From positions 868,001 through 932,000 of the forward strand of contig JAYWIR010000033.1 of assembly GCA_036172245.1 (NCBI GenBank): a DNA stretch of 64,000 nt. Direction: 5' to 3'. This DNA is from Raillietiella orientalis. Lineage: Eukaryota. Below are positions 47,196 to 60,843 of the stretch, piece by piece (within the stretch, counting starts at the first letter, position 1; each line of letters begins with the position of its first letter). The translations under genes and the position numbers were made by a program. Below the pieces are notes generated by a model. That model did not search any database, was not told the origin of the DNA, and saw only the letters and a list, made by a program, of their open reading frames with translations.

Positions 47196-48842
47196 ATGGA
47201 GCACGATGAGCAACTCGGAACTTCGAGTGAGGTTTCTTTTGAACAGTGTGAACAAATGTTGTGGGAACTTCTACCCAAGGGAGCCGATCGTCTGGAAAAA
47301 CTTGGTGTAATTGGGATCTTGAGAAACCACATAAACAATGTAGATATAAGCGACAAAGACTGTGCTCAGTTAATGGAAATTCTGGGTTTTGATTTTGTAA
47401 TCACATTGTTAAAAACCAGAATTTTGCCCACAGGTTCCACCGAAACAGAACGGTTACATTCAATAGCCTACTCAGTTTTATTATTGTACTGTGGAGTTCC
47501 AGAATATCTATCGAGACCAGATCATAAATTTGTTTTAAAAGAAATGTTCACCCAAATGGAACAGTACACCGATCTAGAATTGGTGCAAAAGCAAATGGAT
47601 TATTTAGTTCATATTTTACAAGAAGCAGAACTGCAACATGAATTTTCTAAGCTCAGTGGTATTCAGTGCCTCTTTTCCCAATGCCTTCGGTTGAAACGAG
47701 TACCTGATAAATTGTATGAAATACTGACGTCTTTAATTGTGAATAAGCATTTCAACATGTGTGCTGATATGAATACATATTTGAAAGTAATTGAATTATT
47801 TGCCCAAGACCTGCAAACTGCTGATTATATGCTAAAACCACAAAAGTGTGGCAACTTGAAGTGGGTCCTCGTTAACTTACTTGATAAATCAGTAGATTAC
47901 AGCAAAGAGAATTGGTTTCATGTTCTGATGAATGAAGTAAAAAGTATTTTATGTAGTAAAGTAACTGATGTTCAAAGAAATCCTGCCCTTTTGTTAGCTT
48001 CCACCTTATTGGAACTGAGTAACACAGAGAGTATTCCTTGTGAAAAATCTTTTTATTTGTTTCTTTGTAGATTGTCATGTATAGAAATAGAAATGATATT
48101 AGATGAACCACTGAGCCATGTAATGGCTCATTCAGAATTATTTGTTGCCTGCTTTTATATTTTAGAACATGGTATTAATTGTGCTGAATATTGTTTAGAA
48201 TTAAGTGATGAAGATGTATCTGGTCTTTTTAAATATTTTAACAATTCCATGGAACATATACTTGAATTTGCAAGTGCTTATGTAAGCAATGATCATAAGG
48301 AAGTGTGCTTATTGGATAATAAAGTGGTTCAATTAGAGAATCTTTTGCTTGCTACTTTAAGAATTATAGGAGTATGGATTTCAGTTGAAAGAATTTCCTT
48401 GAAACACAAAATTTATGAGATATTTCCTTCTTTAATTTTACTTTGTCAGCAATCAACATCAAGTAGTTTATGCTTTCATTTTTTGTTACCTGGAATCAGC
48501 TTCTTAATTATGGAAGATGATTTTGGTTTTCTCATTTCAGAGAAGCTTCTTCAATTACTCTTTGAATCTTTTTGTTATCATTTAGGTTATTCAGAGTGTA
48601 TGTGTGTTGTAGATGATTTAATTCCTTCTAATAGCTTAGCAAACCAGATTTGTGCTATTTTCAGCAATGTACTATTGTTACATGCTGAAAACATTGAGAA
48701 CGAAGAGTCTGTGCTAATTTTCAAAAAACTTTTTGATGCTATTAAACTGAAGCTGCCAGAAGTTCAGGATTGTAGTCTTAAAAAGTCCCTAATTGAACTG
48801 AAACAGAGTTTGCTTTGTTCAAGATTTGGTAGCTTCAGTTGA
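47196..48842 (+). CDS. NCDN: Neurochondrin-like ARM-repeat protein, single coding exon, 548 aa
   Basis: EILGFDFVITLL, ILCSKV..QRNPALLLAS, LSCIEIEMIL, LATLRIIGVW and FLLPG match neurochondrin motifs as recalled; AATAAA at 48849. Confidence 0.82.
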   Translation: MEHDEQLGTSSEVSFEQCEQMLWELLPKGADRLEKLGVIGILRNHINNVDISDKDCAQLMEILGFDFVITLLKTRILPTGSTETERLHSIAYSVLLLYCGVPEYLSRPDHKFVLKEMFTQMEQYTDLELVQKQMDYLVHILQEAELQHEFSKLSGIQCLFSQCLRLKRVPDKLYEILTSLIVNKHFNMCADMNTYLKVIELFAQDLQTADYMLKPQKCGNLKWVLVNLLDKSVDYSKENWFHVLMNEVKSILCSKVTDVQRNPALLLASTLLELSNTESIPCEKSFYLFLCRLSCIEIEMILDEPLSHVMAHSELFVACFYILEHGINCAEYCLELSDEDVSGLFKYFNNSMEHILEFASAYVSNDHKEVCLLDNKVVQLENLLLATLRIIGVWISVERISLKHKIYEIFPSLILLCQQSTSSSLCFHFLLPGISFLIMEDDFGFLISEKLLQLLFESFCYHLGYSECMCVVDDLIPSNSLANQICAIFSNVLLLHAENIENEESVLIFKKLFDAIKLKLPEVQDCSLKKSLIELKQSLLCSRFGSFS

Positions 48843-51316
48843 TTTTGGAATAAAGGATAAGTTTTTACTTAAGATGATGACTTATTTATCAAGCATTGAA
48901 ACTTCGCCGTCATTTACAAATGCAGCATTTTCCCATAAAGTTGCACTTAAGGTGGCCTGTCTCTTAAAAGCAATTGTAAATCTCCAATTCCATAATCTAC
49001 AAAATATTTGGGATATTGCTATGTAGAATAAAGAATTTATTATGTTCATAAATAAATATTACAGTTCTTAGAAATCTTTCCTCATAATTCTTACTTTTCT
49101 GGGGTAATTTTCATCTGGTATTCATGAAAACATTTGCAATCTCTTGTAACATTCTAGTTATTTCTGGTTTTCAAGGTTTTTCTAGTGTTACCCAGTTCCA
49201 ATTAGGAAATTTTGTGCTTGTACTCGGAATGCTGTAGTACTTTAAAATTTTCATGGAATAAAGCTCTGATTACTTTTTACATAAATGTTTTCTGGATGAA
49301 ATATTTCTATTAGTTACACTCTCATATGAAAGCAAGTTTGCCTGTTTTTACTTTTTCATGATCTTGCTCCTATTTCAGCGTATCCAATGGTCTGTTTTTA
49401 TGCATGTTATTTTATTGTCACAAATGAATAAACCAAGTTTTGGCCTGTCCGCATTTTAAATTACAACATTTGATATATATTCCCCATTTTTATAAGAGAC
49501 TGGTTTTTTTTAAAGGTATTTTTGTCTCATGTTCCATCTTGTCATATCTTGAAATAACAATATGCAGTTTCGTAAGACTTTGTATTCATAAGACGAATAT
49601 TTTGTGTACGATGTTTCCTGAGGCATAATGTACAATGCGGATCTACTGAAGTTGGAACGTTTTTTGAACTGTACTATCAAGATTTGACATAAAACACTGA
49701 CTCAGTGCAAATGTTTTGAATGCTGAGGATCTTTGCTGATTAATTTGATTAAAGTAGGGAACCTTACAGAAGAGTTTGAGAAATTTATTCTCACTGAGTA
49801 TGACCAGCCTTGCAGATAACGATCGAGTTTCACTTAACAAATTGCTTTGGAAAGTGTCTTAGCTGTATTCATAAAGTGCTAATAGTGCATGTTTACAAAA
49901 AGTTTTCTTCTGTTGTTTAACTGTAGCTGACATGCACAGGATATCTTTCATTGTGAGGAATGTTGTTAGAACGATTCCACCTATTAGAGCTTCTTAACCA
50001 TTATAATATTCTCAATGGCTGTGTGCATACTAATACCCAAGTTCAAACTCTGGCTCCAGAAGCAGCTTGAGGTCTCTGGTACCATTAATGCAAGATAAAT
50101 TTTTCAAAATGAACTTCCTGAAACCACACAGGTTGCACTGATATCATGGGCATTAGAATGCTATTTAAGGATCTGGCAACCAGGCATTCATTAGCAGAAT
50201 TTCTTGTGCTGTGCACTTTTCTGATTCAAAATTTCCTTGCAACAAATTAGTCAAGATGGGCAGATTTGAACTTTGTGGTCTCCTAAGATTTGATCTTGGA
50301 GCAAAACTTTCTTTGTGCCATATGTAAAAGACATGGTAAGCAGCAGTCTTGTGAAGCTTTGGAACCTGCACAGCATGATCATTGATCAAACGTATTGCAT
50401 TAAAGACTGAGAATGCTCGCAATCAAATTCTGTATCAAAAAAAAAAAACAAATTCCACGTTTATTTTTTTCGTGGACTGTTAGCCAAAAGCAATAAAGGC
50501 TCATCCTTTAATTCCTAGATTTTGTTCAGTTTTTCAGTTTATTTATTACCAATTTTAAAAATCATATAGATGAAGAACTTGAGAAAAGTTTTTTATTAAG
50601 AATTTTTTTTATTAAATAAATCGGGGTTGTGCTGCAGTTCATGTTAGAATTTTGCTACTCCTTAATGCTTACTAATTCTTTTCACAACCAAAATGGCCGT
50701 TCACTTCGTAAATTCAGTTTCTGTGCACATATATGTCTAACTTTATTTCAAAAGTCCTTATAAATTTATACTCAACATGACATATTATTGAGGTCCTAGT
50801 TTGTTTTTGTGTCTTTTATCAGACATGCACTAATGCTTTCACAAAGAAATGGGGAAATTCCAGGTTAGCAACAGCTAATCATTTATACAATCTCTTTGTT
50901 TGTTTTCAAGCATAAAATTCAACTGTTCCAGCATCTTGGAATACTAACAAATAAACCTATCTTATCACTGCTATACTTGTATGATGTGAAGTATATTCAG
51001 GGAACTCTGCATTTTCATGTAAACTTGCAGCTTGCTTACCTATACATTCTTTTTACATCTGCATAAACAATCTATTTATCAGACATGAAAAAACAGGGCA
51101 AATGCATCACATTCTAGTACCATGCACAGAACCATGTTCATATGCAAAGAATGAAATAAATATGCAAATAAAAAAAACACAAAGTACAAAAAAAATATAC
51201 ATTTTATAATCAATCAGTGCATTGGCACTATCCCTAAGTATGATGAAAGCACCTGTATGTGCAAATGTTTGCTCTTTGGTTTGTGACAATGTGAATTTGT
51301 GCAAATTGTGGTAGTT

Positions 51317-54300
51317 TCACAAGCTGGGCTTCAGTGGTACATTGGAAGAATAATTTTCAAAGATTCGTTTCCTGGATGCTACGACACCTACTAGGAATGA
51401 AGGAGAGAATGCAGATGAATTGTTTTTCAAATTGTGATTATAGTATCCTACAAGAATGAAAATGACTATAATGAGTAAACATGACATTTACCAGTAGATA
51501 TATTCCAGGGGGTCTTTTTGCACTGAGGTATGGTTACATCGTTAGTGATTAATTGGTTTTTTGGTACACATGCATTAGGTTGTACTTCATTAAAAACTCT
51601 TGACCTACCATGATTTTGTATTTCTGTTGTAGAAGGATTAATCGACTGTTCATTCTCATGCTCTGAGATCACATGCTAAATTCATGCAAAAATACATTCA
51701 GCATTCCTTCTTGTAAACTTACTTCTTGTGATGGCAATAATGAATTCTGTTTCTGCTGAAGGTGATGTAAGTCGGCCTTTAATGCTGCCACGTGCTGCTC
51801 CAAAATCAATGTTTCATGGCACTTTGCAGCATATTTTTCGGTGATGATTTGGATTTCCTTGTGGATAGCACCAACCTCATCACTAATGCATAATTGTCAG
51901 GTAGAAAACTTGATAGTTTGAACTAACCTCAGCTCTTGACTAGTAACTAGAGGATGGAATTGGTGCATAAATTCTTTCTGAAATTTGGTTATTTCATTTT
52001 CTAATTGTAATTCGTAGTTTTTACGCATGGCATCTAAGGCTAAGCAAACAATACATTTTAGGGATAAAAGTCAACAGCAATACAGACCAGAAAGTGTTGC
52101 CTGTGTCTCTTCAGCAAGAGCATGCTCTTTTTCTTTACGCAATTCCTCCAGTTGCGTTTTGTGACGATTTTCCATTTCAATGATGATACGTTTATGTGAA
52201 GCATCCATGGCAGCTAGTCCTTTCTCATAGAGCATCTGACCTGAAAATTAACATACTCAACAAGCAAAAAAACCTATTTACCCTTAGCTGATCTATTTCC
52301 TTTTGATACTTGGCTCCAATATGTTGTATGGAAGCCATCTGATACGGCAAAGGCAGGGACTTCAATATTTTTATTTGTTCTTGGAGTCTTTCAATTTCTC
52401 TTTGATACTGCTCAGCTTGCAAATTTAGTTTTTCATCATAATTTTCTTGCAAAGAGTGGATTTCTTGTTGCATTTGACTTCTAATATGTTTTACATTATT
52501 TTGCGCGGATAAATCGTTTTTCATTTGACTTAATTCTATCTTGGACAATTCGCATTGCTTGCAATCTGTAGGCTTAGATTGATTGACTTCACTTAACAGA
52601 GCTGCACCATCACTTTTGTTCTTCACAGCTTTTTCAGAATCCTGAAAAGTCAAACCTTCTATCAAGTTGTGCCCAAGCAATAAACATTTGTATTCTTGTG
52701 TAAATTTACAGAATAAGTTCTTGAATTCTTCTTCATTTATGTTGAAACAATCACCAATAGTTTCATCACCACAAAGGTGAAAGCAATCTTTAAACAGTAT
52801 ATGCAAGCAATCAGGATTTTCAGTCCCCTTTTTCAAATTCTGTTGAATATTATCTTGATAATGATTTTCAGAACTACCATATACAAATTCGCTGAATGAT
52901 CTCAGTTTGGCATTAAATAAAGCCCATGTAACCAACGTTTCAGCACACTTTTCTAATGCTGCATCCAATTCACCTAAATCACTTAAAGGCATTTCTTTTG
53001 CTTTGCAAGATAAATATGAGAAATCTGCAAGCAAGTTATCCAAAATATAAGAAATCAGTACGTGCATTTCTTCCTCAACATGATGCCATGCAAGACCATG
53101 ATCACACTGCTCGTCAAATACAGTGCAACTACTTCTCCACAGCTTAGAGCAATGCATCAATTGGGATATGGTGAGATTGATATCAGTGAAAGACAAGAGA
53201 CTGCACACTTGGGACAGAACTTTTTCACAGGAATCATGCAGACAATCTGATATAAATGTATTTGGAGATTTATACCGTTGCTGCATTGTATGCGAATAAA
53301 ATGAAGCCAGTTTTGGAATTAAATGATTCAACTGCTTTTCGATTACTTTCTCAAATTTGATCTTCAGTTCCTTTGAATAGTAAGAAAGTAACGTAGCATC
53401 TGTAGCTGTGAATGATGAAGTATAATCTCCAGGATGCAACTTGGCAAGGAGTTCCCCCATTACATAAAGTTTGTGGAAGAAATAGTCAGAATCTAACTTT
53501 TGACAAAATATCATGGGATTTACGCTGTCATTATTCTCTAGCGTCTTTCCTAAGGTCTGAATTTTGTTAAGTAGATTTTGAATTGATGAGCAGAAGTGAT
53601 CTTCTTGAGAAGCGAAATATTGTGCCAGCTGAACCAAGTATTTCGAAAAAACGTACAAACAAGCTGTTCGTTCAGCGACTAAAGTTAACTTAGTATTCCA
53701 GTCGTACCTTCTTTCAGTAATGGAAGACTTCAGCTTGTTGTTTATCTGCTGTAACTTTGAATGCAATATATGCTGTACCTTCTGAACAGCTTCCTGATAT
53801 GCATTCGGAAGCTTGCAGTCAATCAACTGCAGAAGTTTTTTAATTCTCAACACAGATGTTGCAGGATCCTGTGATTGTATTTCCATGTGGATACCTCTTA
53901 TTATGTGCTGCAACAATGAGAGCTTATCTTCTGTTTGCTTTAGGGACTCCTGAACGGAAGTGCTTATGGTAGCTTGGCCTCCTTGGCAACAATTACATAT
54001 TGCATGTAATCTGTGGGAGAGATTGTCTAGACGTATCAACATCTGGAATTCGGAGATAGAAGTACTTCCTAATGATTTACATCTTAATGATTTTGGCATG
54101 GCTGAAGGTTTCATTAATTGCCCCTTGTCAGATGAGTCAATTGCTTCAGCAAAAGTCTTTTCGTTTTTTTTGAAAGTCTGTCTGCATGTTTTCTCTAACA
54201 AAGCAAGTTGAATTTCCAAATGGACCAATTTATTGTCAATATCTATAGAGAGATTTTTTTCTTGATTACAAAGACTTCGACTACGCCGTTTTTCCTTAGA

Positions 54301-57300
54301 TTCTAGTTTGACTAGCTTATGTTTGTATTGTCTCACCTAATCATAAATGCTTTTTTCCCCACGTATACTGTTTAACCACATACCTGCTTTTCTGTTAACA
54401 TCAACTTTTGAACCAAATCCTCGATTCGAGAACTCATAAGCTTTATTTGACTACTGAATTCTTCTTCTTTAATTAGCATGTTCTGCTGGAGACAGAGATT
54501 TTCAAGTTCCAAAGAATCATTACGCTGTTCGCTTTTTTCAAGCTGAGTCTTCATGGAATGAAGTTTGGCAGAGAATCTGTAGGAAGATACGTTAGGCAAT
54601 GTAAATTTTTTGTTACAGCTGGAGAGTGTACTTTTATGCCACAAAAACGGGAAATTGTCCATACCTATTTTGCAGTGCATCACAGGGTTGCACAATCACA
54701 CCAGAACCCTCATGCATGATTTTGTTTGAAACTGATTCCTCTTTTTGGTTACTGATGGTGCTAAAGATTACATAGAGAATATTCAATCACTCCTTAAAGA
54801 GCTTACGTCTGTTTGTTTGTTAATAAAACCGTGTCTGCAAGGCTATTTTCTGGATGTTCTTGATATTCAGAAGCCAATTTCATTATAATTCTCAGTTGTT
54901 TTTCGTTTTCCATTTTACCGCTCAAGTGTTTTGGCTGCAATTTTTTTTTTTTTAAAGATAATTCACATGAACAGCATGCTACAACCTCTAAGAAAGATTT
55001 CAGTGAAGTGTTTGCTGTATGAGATATAGGCATATGCTCTCTCTGATACATCTGTTCTTTCGTAAGATAGATGAGATTTTCCTCCAATGAAGAATTGCGT
55101 TTTTGAAGCTGCTGGTTGAGGTCTCCCAACTGTTGCATTTGAACACATAGTTGCTGTATTTGCAGGTTTTTTAGCTAAAGAGTATTTCTATTCAAAATTC
55201 TAAATCTAGTCTGTCTAACCTCAAACTCTGCTTTCACTTTCCGAAGATTCTCTTCAGCAATTTCCTTATCCTGTTGGATCACCACAATCTCTTGATTCAA
55301 CATTTCCAGTGATTCTTGCAGTTTAGTTTTTTCAAGAAAGCAACTGAAATTTGAAAATGAACAATCCCTGTAATTGTAAAAATACGCGATTACTTCTGCT
55401 TCAATTGTTTCAATTGGTTTCTTAAGCTGTCTTGAATTTGGCATTCTTTTAAAAGGTCCAAATATTTGTGCAGTATTCCAACGCAATTTTTTTTCGCATC
55501 TTTCAACTCTTTTAAACTAAAATCCTTTTCTTTAAGTTTCACTGCACGATCAGCAGCAAGTTTGCCTACATCTTCTATCTGTAATAACAAAAATAAGTTA
55601 TTTATATCTTAATTTTAACTATGAAGGAACCTGATGCTCTAACTGACTGCATCTCTCTTGGCAAACACACAGCTGCTCTTTCAAAAAATGAATTTCGTCA
55701 TTAAGAGTGTGTTTTAATTCTTTCAATGTCTGGCATTCCAGGTGAGTTTCTTGCATTCTTACTTGTAATATCTATATCAAGGAAAATACTCACGCATTAC
55801 TGAAATAAATCCAACCTGAATATGTGCTGCTTGTTCTCTTATCACATCACTTGCACTTCTAAATGACTGTCGGAATGCAGCAATTTGGCAGTCTAAACTT
55901 GGTCCCAATGCCTGAATAAAAGGGAAAGTTTCGACCAAAGACAAATACTCGGAAAACATACTTCACATATCACAGATGTATCCTTGACAGGCAACTCGAC
56001 TTCTAACTTTTCTTTTTTCGGTATACGAGAAAGAAGCTCTGTGCCACAGTAACAAGGACCTGTCGATGCACTTGTGGCTATTCCATAAACAGATTCTTTC
56101 TTAAGAAAGGAATTGTATCAAAAATCAACTTTTGTTGTTTCCATTCTTACTGTAGCAAAACTGCATTCTCCGTAATCGTTGTATATTATTTCGTTTTTAC
56201 TAAAATGCGCATCGTGTTTCTGGTCAGAACTGAAATTTGGGTTTTGCTCCAAAGCATGGCCACTAGCTGGTGCGGAAACTTTTCTGAAATAACGGCCGCA
56301 AGAACGTGAATTCGATCGAGTTCTTGCCCGTTCTTTCACCTAATGGCATTCAAATGTTTAGAGAATCTTTTTTCAATAAGTGGATACCTACTTTTGACAT
56401 TGGTGTTCTGTTCAATGGAGGACTAGGTGGCAAAAGAGAGTGCTTATTTTCCTCATCGTTATTTTCATCCAAATCTACCTCATCTGTTATTGTTGACAGA
56501 TCTGATAGGCATGATGAGACAGAAATTCCTGGTGATGATGGAGTGTTTTTCTCTTTCCTTAATTAAAGTAATTCAAATCACAATTTCCAAGTACTGTTTA
56601 CCGGAAATTACAGGTTGGATTAGATGTAGAGGTGATTTCTTGCTCAAGTTTTTCTCCTAATGTTGGCACTCGATTGTAAAGTTTCACTTTGGCTACCTGC
56701 TGAATTGCTGAAATCCAATTCATGCGAATACCAAATGCCATAGCAGATAACACATAGCTTTTACCATCTTTGTCCTAGATAATGCAGTCTTTGTTAACAT
56801 AAAATATTAGTAGAGGTTTTGAACAATAGGTTATATTCAGATTTAATGCTGAATAAGACACTGGAAAATCACAGCAAAATAACAACTACAACTACTAAGG
56901 TAAAGATGTCAAGAATTTACAAAATTTCGAAAAATAAAAGATAAATACATAAAAACTTCCTAAAAGCTAAATGAAAAACTACTCATTATTATTTCAAGTT
57001 TTGGAATAAAAGACAAGAAAAAACATAAGACTCTTGGGGAAAGAATGATCACATACTGAGCTTGATGGAAATCGAGCAAAGAAGATCGGAAAAATCCTCT
57101 TCGATCGAAATCAAAAAACTTACTAATAGTGAAAACCCATAATTTCGAACAGAATCAAGTTCTTCAATTTCAATTATTGTTGAAAGATCAATAATTTCAT
57201 CATATGTCGACTGCTCCTCTGCATTTTGGTCAGGATATGATGTCAGGGTTGTATTCAACAGCACAAACCATCGTTTGATCCACTCATCTACACCCCGCAA

Positions 57301-60300
57301 TCTCAGTAGCCAACCTTTTTTTGGTAGTGACAAATCATCAACTTGCATGTAAGAAAGCAGATTGTCATCATTTGCCCTAAATATCTGGAAAACAAAAACC
57401 ATGACAGATTTTGCAAAAATAAAATAAAATAAAGATGAAGGTATAGAAGGAAGACACAGAAAGACCAATTATGTTAAGTAAAATTCAAACCAAAATATGT
57501 CAAGATCTGTTTAGAAAACTGACTTGTTTTGTTGAAGACTTTGGAGATGTGCTCAATAATTTCTGTTGATGGAACAAGGAATGCGACATTTCACATGGTG
57601 CACCTTTTGAATTACCTATTAATATGATATAAGTATCAACATTTTGTAATTCGTACATACAATCTGGAAATTTTCGTTGTTCAGAGTTACATACATTGTT
57701 TGCGGATAATGCTTTATGTTTTGGGTATTCATTACTTATTTCCTGAGAAGGCTCGGATGTTTTCACATTAAGATTGCAATAATCTCTTTGCATTCCTCGA
57801 ACTTCATCTACTGAATCGCTTGCTTCAAGAACTCTATTCATTTTATCATGAATAGGTGGGGAATTTGAACACTTGGGTACATCTAATAAGGTATAGTAAT
57901 GAAAAACAAAACAGTTGAATGAAACATGTTCTTTACTTTGGGTATTAATGAATGGAATTTTTGGTAAATCTATACAGTATGAATGTTGCAATGTTTCTCT
58001 ATGATTTGAATTCACAGTCTTAGCTATTTGAATAATGTCATGGTTTCGTGATGATTCACGAGATGTTAAATCATTGATATCTTTTCCTTCTTGATAACTA
58101 TGACATCGGTGTCGAATTCGGTCTGATGTTCCGCTGGCTGCAAAGAATAAATAAAATGTTTAAATCAGAAAAATAATAGCGCATTTATAAAATCTTCTGA
58201 AAACTGAAGGAACCACATTTTACAACACATTAGTAATGCTAAGTACAAACTTAATTTAGTGGTTGGATGTATATAGACATCAAATACTTACATTCACTTC
58301 TGTAGAATTCAGTAAACAGACTTATTAAAAAGGTAAGAGAACTAAGACAGCAGTTGGATCAGAAGGCAACAACTACAAATTCTATCCCTGCTAAATGAAG
58401 AAAAAATAAAGTTTTCATCCTGGTATGAGAGATGGACATTCATCCTAATAATGATAAAAAAAAGACTAAAAAAATGGAAAATGCCACACAATAAATTTGT
58501 GTTCTGTACCTAAAGCTACTACGCATACAATCAAAAGGCATCCTGCATTTCAAACTATGCTTTAAGCAATATGAATCAAGAGTAAGAGGTGTTTCTGAAA
58601 TAACTCAAGGCACGCATCCTAACTAAAGGAGAACATGAAAATAATCCTATGAAAGAGAACAATGATGCAATTCATATTTCATTCATTACTAGTTAATATA
58701 TTTGAACTGGAGAGGAAATAATTTCAAACAAAGTAGGTTAGAAAATCAATTTGAAAAAAAGTTCAAACTTGAAAACTGCATTGAAAACAATGACTTTCTT
58801 TTCTCCTCCACTTATAAGAACCTGCTGTTCATGTAACTTGAAAATGCTGGACAGACGAATTGCAATTTTGTTGCAGTTGGAAGCATGACCAGCTCTCAAT
58901 GGTAATAGTCTCCCAAATAATTTTAAAAAAGAAAAAACAAATCCACACATTTGAATTCCAGGCAAGTCAATAAGAAAGCCAATGCCTAACTTACGAATCA
59001 GTAGAATGAAGATAAGAAGATAAAATGAAAAAAAAATCAGATACCAATTTGATATTACAGTTTTCTTATAGGCCACAACCACAGAAACACATAATACACA
59101 TGGAAATATGACAATACATTTTGAAAAATACACAGTTCATTAATATGAATTGAATCACCCAATGAACTAAATATTCGAAAAAATGGAAATAAAAATCTGA
59201 AAAGTTTGAAGTGCTTTTGACATGCTTAATAGATATCTTTTGAAAGATTTATTAATTTAAACACTGTTCTATGCATTCCTACTTCCACTCATAGTGAAAC
59301 ACAAAAGTACACAGAGAACTTAAATGATGTAAAATATCATTACAAACCCTCACTTCTGTCTGCATGAATACTGTAGGAAACTGGTGCTTTAGTTTTCATA
59401 CACGTTGAAGTAACTCCAGGAAAAGTAGCATTCCGTTTCTGTCGTCCCTAATAATTACTATTTTATAAATACATAATTTTTTTTATTTGTAGAAATACAT
59501 TATGATATATACCAATCAATATGGGACAATATCAGAAAGTACGAAATGATTTCACATTAAACAATGCTTATTTTACATTCATGCAACTATAGTATTGGCT
59601 GAATGGCATACAAGCACATCATGACATGCTTTAATGCTTGACATTCAAGATCCAAAATTGCCTGAAAGTAAAAATAGTCTTGTTCCACTTAGTTTTCACA
59701 AATCTATGCATGAATAACTCTAAGTTCCTTTTATTTAGTCTTGAAATCTGAAAAAATTTCCTTTAATTGCAAGAGAAAAGAGATCACAATCAGTAATCTC
59801 TTTTCTGTTCTACATCTATTTAGTTTATTCTTAATGTTTGCCCACCTCTTCATTGCCTCACCTCTTCATACTGCAATATTTGAGTACATACTCATTTAGT
59901 TAACAAACACTGCATTCTGTATTATTTTAATCCCTATAGGTATTATGGAGTTTTCAAGATTCAAGATTAGAATGCTTTTCATGACAATCAACAAAGCTGG
60001 ACACTATCAGCAATAAGATTCTAGTCACCATGGCTAAACATGATATCTTTCAAATGTTCTAATCATGATGTTCAAATCTAATGCTTAGTTTTGTACATTA
60101 GATTAGTACCTGTAGTTTGTTGACACAACAATGTTACACTGAGTTTTACGTTCTTCTTAAACATATCCATATCCATATTAACCATGGTAACATTTGATCA
60201 CTTCTAAGATCACAATGACCATAGAAGCCCCAATAAATTTAGCTTTTGCAATCCTTAGAAAATGCATTTTTCACATGACGGTCACAATTAATAATACAAT

Positions 60301-60843
60301 AAAGAATTAGAGTAGGAACAACATTCCAAACATCATGATACGAAATGAAACTACCTCCCTCCCTCCCAAGTTTTAACACATAACAAGCACATGAATTTTT
60401 TCATCATTTTCAACCAAACATCAACAAGATTTGTGTTTAAAATTGTATGAATAAAATTTTACGCACATATCATAGTAAAACCATTCAAACATCTGGATTT
60501 CTATACACTGTAATATACTACAAACCAAAGGCCAAATCCACAATCATTAAAAACTGCTTCAAGTCATTAAGCATGTAAACAAAAATGACATAGCATATAC
60601 AACGGTAGCATAAACTGTTAGTTATTAGTACTCAAATTATCAAAAATTTTATACCTTACTCCGTGGGAAAATAATTAATACATCAAACCACCAGGAATAT
60701 TCTTCGCGGGATGCTGCTTTAATGAAACTAACACGTTCAGTTCCTGTTAAAGCAATTGAAAACTGGTGACCAGTTATGTCTTCTGCATTTGTAACCTCTA
60801 AAACTTCATTCATATCAATAACATCTTGTGGTACTGTCTCTGG
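51317..60843 (-). CDS. outspread / MPRIP-like PH-domain and coiled-coil protein; 5' exons probably beyond the window end
   Basis: End of PH1 ([25 protein letters not shown]), [11 protein letters not shown] exon near 59447-59353, PH2 ([34 protein letters not shown]), long coiled coil, [24 protein letters not shown] tail, stop at 51317. Confidence 0.88.

Noticed and set aside
49640..50430. Coding-like decayed stretch between NCDN and outspread
   Set aside because: Probably a transposon relic, but no diagnostic motif could be read.
52225..54336. 703-aa ORF as a separate gene
   Set aside because: Flanked by splice sites that join it in frame to outspread/MPRIP exons.
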